From contig JAQGDQ010002104.1 of the NCBI GenBank assembly GCA_030141605.1, forward strand, positions 1 to 14,887: a DNA stretch of 14,887 nucleotides, written 5' to 3'. This DNA is from Tubiluchus corallicola. Taxonomy: Eukaryota > Animalia > Priapulida. How positions within the stretch are numbered: position 1 is the first letter of the stretch; the number at the start of each line of letters is the position of its first letter. Below the pieces are notes generated by a model. That model saw only the letters and a list, made by a program, of their open reading frames with translations, searched no databases and was not told where the DNA came from. A program made the position numbers and the translations under genes. Below, one piece after another: positions 9,352 through 14,887 of this stretch.

Positions 9352-9800
9352 TGTGAAAGTCATGTATGAGGTTGTAGTTGAACACTTTGTAGAAAAAGAA
9401 TAAACAACTATACTACATATCTGCACAAAACTGAAAACGTTTATTAGACTACACACACATATGTAGAATGACAGCTACACTGAACACTGAGGACAAGAGT
9501 GTCCTGCACTGATCACTGAGAGTTAGACAGTAAGTGATATGAGTATCACGACTGCTGCACTGCGCTGATCACTGAGAGTTAGACAGTGGCTAGAAGTGAA
9601 ATCCAGCCAGTATATGTAGATAGAGGTAACTATGCAAACTTGGCTTCACAAATACCATTACAGTAAAATAGGGAGAGATCCAGTGAGTATGCATATTCAC
9701 TGGACCGAACAATTATACTAGGGGTGAGTTTGGCTAGTAAAATGTAAAGTGATTAGTCAATAGATGGCAGCACCTAAAATACACAGTTACAACTTCCACA
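9352..9800 (-). mobile_element. Solo LTR, copy 3
   Basis: TGTGAAAG...CTTCCACA termini and a perfect 5-bp TSD GGCGC (9347-9351 / 9801-9805). Highly similar to copy 1. Confidence 0.87.
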
Positions 9801-10146
9801 GGCGCAATGCAAGTTAATTTATTGGATAAATCAAGATTGGGCTTATTCTAAAGTACGGACAAATTGGTTGAGAGCTTCAGCAATAAAAGTCCGATAAGCA
9901 ACTTGTGTTTTTAATCACTTTAAAATCGTCTTCATTTCGTACCTGAGTGTAATATTGACAATATTATATTGTTGAACGAGTAATGACAGTGCGTTCTGGT
10001 TTCTGATCTGTTTATTCTTACCAGTAGGAAAACCAGTAATGGCTGTTTTTGCTTGGCTGCAGAAAATTCTGACTTTTTGTCCTTTTATTTGTTTTCTTTA
10101 CTTTTTTTATTTCCAACATCTCAGCGTACAAGGAATTTGTCAACTA

Positions 10147-10317
10147 CAGTCTAACCTCGTTATCTCGCCCCTCGTTATGCCGCCAAACTCGTCTCTCGCC
10201 ATAGAAAGTACCAGGACGGATTTCCTGCTTTGATATTTACCTCGTTAAGTCGCCACCCTCGCTTCTCACCAAAAATTTGCCCTAGACGGACAGTGGCGAG
10301 ATAACGAGGTTAGACTG
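10147..10317. mobile_element. Tc1/mariner-type MITE, 171 bp
   Basis: Perfect 23-bp TIR CAGTCTAACCTCGTTATCTCGCC with TA on both sides. Confidence 0.92.
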
Positions 10318-10546
10318 TATTCGATTTAGGAGATGGGCATCTGACAGTGGCCCAGGTGTTTTATATTTTTTTAACCTAAGCACACTGCAAAGTGATAAAA
10401 AAATTGCGGAAACCATTAGAATTCTAGTGGGTAATATTATTTAAAGGTACTTTCACACATGCTGTGTTTCATTTTGGTTAAATTATCACGACGCAGCAGG
10501 TGAGAGAGCAAACAGAATAGAAACAAAAGCAAAATGTCTGACATTG

Positions 10547-10560
10547 GTTGCCATGGATAT
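10547..10560. promoter_or_regulatory. RFX X-box-like motif
   Basis: GTTGCCATGGATAT, close to the RFX consensus GTTGCCATGG(C/A)(A/T)AC. An inverted CCAAT (ATTGG, 10543-10547) is adjacent. Confidence 0.4.
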
Positions 10561-11014
10561 TGTAACCACACAATTAAGTTTGAAACAGAGTGCCCCCAGT
10601 TTAGATCAAGCCAAAAAAGCAAACTATATTGCAGCTCATTCACATTTAAGTCTTAAAACAATTCAATACCCATTTCATCTTTTTCATTTTTGAGCCTTTT
10701 CAAACACTATCATTTCTTTTATTTCATTTCATCTCACTTTCATGCATAGTTTCAAGGCTTTATACATGAGCAGAACTGACTATTTAGCAGTTGCAAAAAC
10801 CACAAAAGGAAAATCTAGTTGGCAAATTCATTTCCACGAAATTCTTCAAAACATTCTGGTTGACTTGTCTTCGATTATTCCATGAAATGGCTATCGGAGA
10901 GAAAAAGTTAAAAATAAAATGAGAAACAGAAGAACGAACGATGTTAAAAAAGCAAAACTAAGAAACACAAGTGATGGTATCTACATTTTTTAACTTGGTT
11001 TCAGAATTTGTGAT

Positions 11015-11028
11015 TTTGCCATGGCAAA
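11015..11028. promoter_or_regulatory. Perfect 14-bp palindrome, X-box-like
   Basis: TTTGCCATGGCAAA has the inner 12 bp of the RFX palindrome GTTGCCATGGCAAC and lies about 250 bp upstream of the ATG at 11274. Confidence 0.35.
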
Positions 11029-11273
11029 CTACTAAAGCTAAAAACAAAGTCTACTTTGTATATTTTACATACCACTAGCACACGTACAGAATCACAAGTT
11101 ATTGTTTTATTTTCACAAAGCGAGTTTTCACCTTACAGGACCAAGATCTCCCTGCAGTTCCAAAAGCAGGTGCTGCAAGTTGGAAATTATCATTGTTCAA
11201 TTGTGACTTCATCAAATTCAAATGTCATTCTTAATTTGTTAATCGAAGGAAGGGTACAAGCTGGACTAGTGAA

Positions 11274-11280
11274 ATGGCTC
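11274..11280 (+). CDS. First coding exon (M-A-R) of a small Arg/Ser-rich CaaX protein
   Basis: GAAATGG start context, in-frame upstream TAA at 11232-11234, and a GTAAGT donor at 11281. The phase-1 C joins GA at 13451 to give CGA (Arg). Confidence 0.65.
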
Positions 11281-11404
11281 GTAAGTAACACAGCCTGTCA
11301 GCTCTAGTGTTTTATCTACTTAATCTAGTTTTACTTTGTCTTAATCTAGCCATATCTCTGTCACTTATACACCTATAGAAGTACAAGTTATATAGGTTTT
11401 ACAC

Positions 11405-12989
11405 GTCAAATGTAGACACAGGAAAGTTCAAATGTGACTTAGGTAAGTCAAATGTAGACATAGGAAAGTTCAAATGTGACTTAGGTAAGTCAAATGTAGA
11501 CACAGGAAAGTTCAAATGTGACTTAGGTAAGTCAAATGTAGACACAGGAAAGTTCAAATGTGACTTAGGTAAGTCAAATGTAGACACAGGAAAGTTCAAA
11601 TGTGACTTAGGTAAGTCAAATGTAGACACAGGAAAGTTCAAATGTGACTTAGGTAAGTCAAATGTAGACACAGGAAAGTTCAAATGTGACTTAGGTAAGT
11701 CAAATGTAGACATAGGAATTTCGAATGTGTTTTGGTAACTCAAATGTGACTTAGGTAAGTCAAATGTAGACATAGAAATTTCGAATGTGTATTGGTAACT
11801 CGAATGTGACTTAGGTAAGCCAAATGTAGACACAGGAAAGTTCAAATGTGACTTAGGTAAGTCAAATGTAGACACAGGAAAGTTCAAATTCAAATGTGAC
11901 TTAGGTAAGTCAAATGTAGACATAGGTAAGTCAAATGTGACTTAGGTAAGTCAAATGTAGACACAGGAAAGTTCAAATGTGACTTAGGTAAGTCAAATGT
12001 AGACACAGGAAAGTTCAAATGTGACTTAGGTAAGTCAAATGTAGACATAGGAATTTCGAATGTGTTTTGGTAACTCAAATGTGACTTAGGTAAGTCAAAT
12101 GTAGACATAGAAATTTCGAATGTGTATTGGTAACTCGAATGTGACTTAGGTAAGTCAAATGTAGACACAGGAAAGTTCAAATGTGACTTAGGTAAGTCAA
12201 ATGTAGACATAGGAATTTCGAATGTGTTTTGGTAACTCAAATGTGACTTAGGTAAGTCAAACGTAGACATAGAAATTTCGAATGTGTATTGGTAACTCGA
12301 ATGTGACTTAGGTGCGTCAAATGTAGACACAGGAAAGTTCAAATGTGACTTAGGTAAGTCAAATGTAGACATAGGAATTTCGAATGTGACTTAGGTAAGT
12401 CAAATGTAGACACAGGAAAGTTCAAATGTGACTTAGGTAAGTCAAATGTAGACACACGAAAGTTCAAATGTGACTTAGGTAAGTCAAATGTAGACACAGG
12501 AAAGTTCAAATGTGACTTAGGTAAGTCAAATGTAGACACAGGAAAGTTCAAATGTGACTTAGGTAAGTCAAATGTAGACACAGGAAAGTTCAAATGTGAC
12601 TTAGGTAAGTCAAATGTAGACACAGGAAAGTTCAAATGTGACTTAGGTAAGTCAAATGTAGACATAGGTAAGTCAAATGTGACTAGGTAAGTCAAATGTA
12701 GACACAGGAAAGTTCAAATGTGACTAGGTAAGTCAAATGTAGACACAGGAAAGTTCAAATGTGACTTAGGTAAGTCAAATGTAGACACAGGAAAGTTCAA
12801 ATGTGACTTAGGTAAGTCAAATGTAGACACAGGAAAGTTCAAATGTGACTTAGGTAAGTCAAATGTAGACATAGGAATTTCGAATGTGTTTTGGTAACTC
12901 AAATGTGACTTAGGTAAGTCAAATGTAGACATAGAAATTTCGAATGTGTATTGGTAACTCAAATGTGACTTAGGTAAGTCAAATGTAGA
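11405..12989. repeat. Tandem array: 42-bp unit with interspersed 60-bp variant units
   Basis: Main unit GTCAAATGTAGACACAGGAAAGTTCAAATGTGACTTAGGTAA. Pairs of 60-bp variants start at about 11711, 12046, 12208 and 12870. Confidence 0.97.
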
Positions 12990-13218
12990 TGCATTACTTT
13001 GAATAAATCCGTAATTAACTCATTTAAGTGCAAATTACAAAAAGATAAACCAAAGATAGTCATCACCTCTTTCAGAACTTTGAAAAATGCGTTTTTATCC
13101 TCAAACGAAATTCTTTGATAAACCGCAATGTCGGTAGAAAAGAATAAATTGGTTCCCACTTCCCAATGAGCACTGAATCACTAATTACGCTTAAGATTTC
13201 TTGAAAACCATTGTTAAC

Positions 13219-13391
13219 ACATTTGAACTACCTAAGTCTACATTTGAGTTACCAAGACACATTTGAATTGCCTGAATCTACATTTGAGTTACCAAGACAC
13301 ATTTGAATTGCCTGAATCTACATTTGAGTTACCAAGACACATTTGAATTGCCTGAATCTACATTTGAGTTAACGCAAGTCTACATTTGACA
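13219..13391. repeat. Inverted counterpart array, 40-bp unit
   Basis: Unit TACATTTGAGTTACCAAGACACATTTGAATTGCCTGAATC. Its reverse complement matches the left-arm subunits, with the ACATTTG core every ~20 bp. Confidence 0.9.
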
Positions 13392-13450
13392 TGTAAAACC
13401 TATTGTTTCACAACTACTTTCAGAAAGAGTTTTCGCTTTTCACTTTGCAG

Positions 13451-13668
13451 GACCTAGATCTCCCAGTGGTTCCAGGAGCAGGCGTTCCAGGGGAAGACGA
13501 AGGTCAACAGAAAGACGTCGCCGTAGTCGAAGTGGCAGATCAAGAGCTAGAAGATCCCAAGGTCGTGGAAGAAACAAGAGTGGAACTCCCAAGGCCAAAC
13601 CAGATGGTCCATTGGATAATATCTCCAAGATTTTAAGATTTTTCCCACCTGGTTGCAATATATTGTAG
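13451..13668 (+). CDS. Terminal exon of a protamine-like Arg/Ser-rich protein with C-terminal CaaX (CNIL)
   Basis: Strong acceptor TTTTCGCTTTTCACTTTGCAG leads into a GC-richer island reading (R)PRSPSGSRSRRSRGRRRSTERRRRSRSGRSRARRSQGRGRNKSGTPKAKPDGPLDNISKILRFFPPGCNIL*. TAG at 13666-13668 and AATAAA at 13714-13719. Confidence 0.75.
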
Positions 13669-14771
13669 AAATGATTGAAGGAGAGGTGCCTAAATCCTGT
13701 CGTAACACTTTGTAATAAAATCCTATCTGTAAAAATTGGAAATACTGTAATTGCAAATTGACATTTTTCCCAAGATGTTTTCTTTGCAACAAAAAGTGAC
13801 AAAAAATGACTTGGTGACTTATGCTGTTGTGACTCCGGTCTCCTGCCATACGATTAATGCTTACGATTAATGTTAAACGCTTTACCTAGCACGTATAAAA
13901 ACATTTTTCCATACATGTAGGTAATAAACGAAATGTGAGATCTTATTACAAATTAATCTGCACGCTTATGTGTACTACATTTAAACTCCAGAACATCAAA
14001 TGTTTAACATGCAGCAATTGTCGTTTTATCTGTAATAATAAATTACAGCAATAAGTTTTTAGCGAAAAAGATAAGTTTGATAAGGGTACATTACTAAATT
14101 AGCTAACGTGATTATCGTCTATAATTGTACAAAAAAATGACAGCGAAATTGTTCTAATAGCATAAAGCAGTTCAATAAACATAATTAGACACTTACATGT
14201 GGTCTCCCTGAGTTTTGGCACTTATAACTTGCAAGAAAAACAATAAGAAATCAACTACAACATTCACATCGTATCAATTGAATTGTATGTCAGGTAATGT
14301 CTACCTGGCCAACCACCTGGTCACATGACTGATGACAGTTAAAGAGGCAAGACCAAATTTAACAGGTAGGGTAACGTGTATGTGCATAACACTATGCTCC
14401 ACTAATTTACACTTGCAAAGCCACTGGAAGTTAAAAACCACAAAAGTCGTTCTTTTTGTGTTAAATAAAATCACTAACAATGAAATGATATAACACAAGG
14501 TATTGGAATTTCACCAAATGAATCGTTACTTTAATATGATGCTAAATAATGTTCGTGGTTTCTAAACCTATTAGATTCGATTAGATTACGTTATTTCAGC
14601 ACAAAAAGCCATATAAAACAACAACATATTACCTAGCACTACAGTAACATACTACAATAAAAGTTACACTAAAATACTACTATATACAATACATACAGTA
14701 AATAAACGTTCGTGTCTGCCACGTTCTAGTATCGAGAATTCGCAGATTTGCACTTGAACGAGCTTGTTTAA

Positions 14772-14887
14772 CCCTTTCAGTCCCAAATTATTTTTTTAAT
14801 AAGAAAAATTTTTGCCTTGGTACTTTTGTTCAGTATCTCCATCTTGTTTACACATAATAATTATTTTTTTCTACCTGTGCCCGCGTG
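14772..14887. mobile_element. Possible left end of a piggyBac-like element running out of the window
   Basis: TTAA (14768-14771) followed by CCCTTT. Only one end is visible. Confidence 0.25.

Larger units (their letters stand above)
11395..13400. mobile_element. Non-autonomous foldback-like DNA transposon with tandem-repeat arms, 2006 bp
   Basis: TIR GGTTTTACA(C/T)GTCAAATGTAGAC at both ends with TA flanks. It has a long left arm of repeats, a unique core of about 230 bp (12990-13218) and a short inverted right arm. Confidence 0.85.

Noticed and set aside
3081-9800. A single full-length LTR retrotransposon bounded by LTR copies
   Set aside because: Copies 1 and 3 each have their own TSD, and the intervening DNA holds host exons rather than gag/pol.
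11399-12962. Minus-strand ORFs with STFDLPKSHLNFPV repeats
   Set aside because: These are by-products of 42- and 60-bp units (multiples of 3) that lack stops in one frame. They are broken by frameshifts and lie inside a TIR-bounded element.
11405-12989. CRISPR-like appearance of the regular repeats (also 1-657)
   Set aside because: There are no unique spacers and no cas genes, and the context is eukaryotic and spliced. These are plain tandem arrays.
13403-13849. ORF-track entries 13403-13636 (+), 13440-13802 (-) and 13547-13849 (-)
   Set aside because: These are probably shadow frames of the Arg/Ser-rich exon. The preferred frame has a phase-matched ATG exon, a CaaX end and a downstream AATAAA. 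The acidic + frame cannot be formally excluded without transcripts.

Overview
AT-rich, intron-containing eukaryotic DNA, probably from an invertebrate animal (inferred from the V-SINE-like element and the transposon types). None of the supplied six-frame ORFs is a real gene as listed; the genes only appear after splicing. (1) The last five coding exons of a divergent TTLL4-like tubulin glutamylase lie on + (949-1083, 2913-3041, 3809-3926, 5825-6035, 7490-7557). All junctions are GT-AG and phase-compatible. (2) A two-exon + strand gene (11274-11280 joined to 13451-13668) encodes a 74-aa protamine-like Arg/Ser-rich protein ending in a CaaX prenylation box (CNIL). Two RFX X-box-like motifs lie upstream, and its single intron is almost entirely a 2-kb foldback-type transposon carrying about 34 AG|GTAAGT motifs. 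(3) An orphan SLC1/EAAT transporter exon sits between Tc1/mariner-type MITE ends inside a TTLL4 intron. The rest is dense in transposons: three solo LTRs of one family, a tRNA/V-type SINE, several hAT and Tc1/mariner MITEs (one nested), and two tandem arrays. All calls are by eye and from recall of protein families; no database searches were run.
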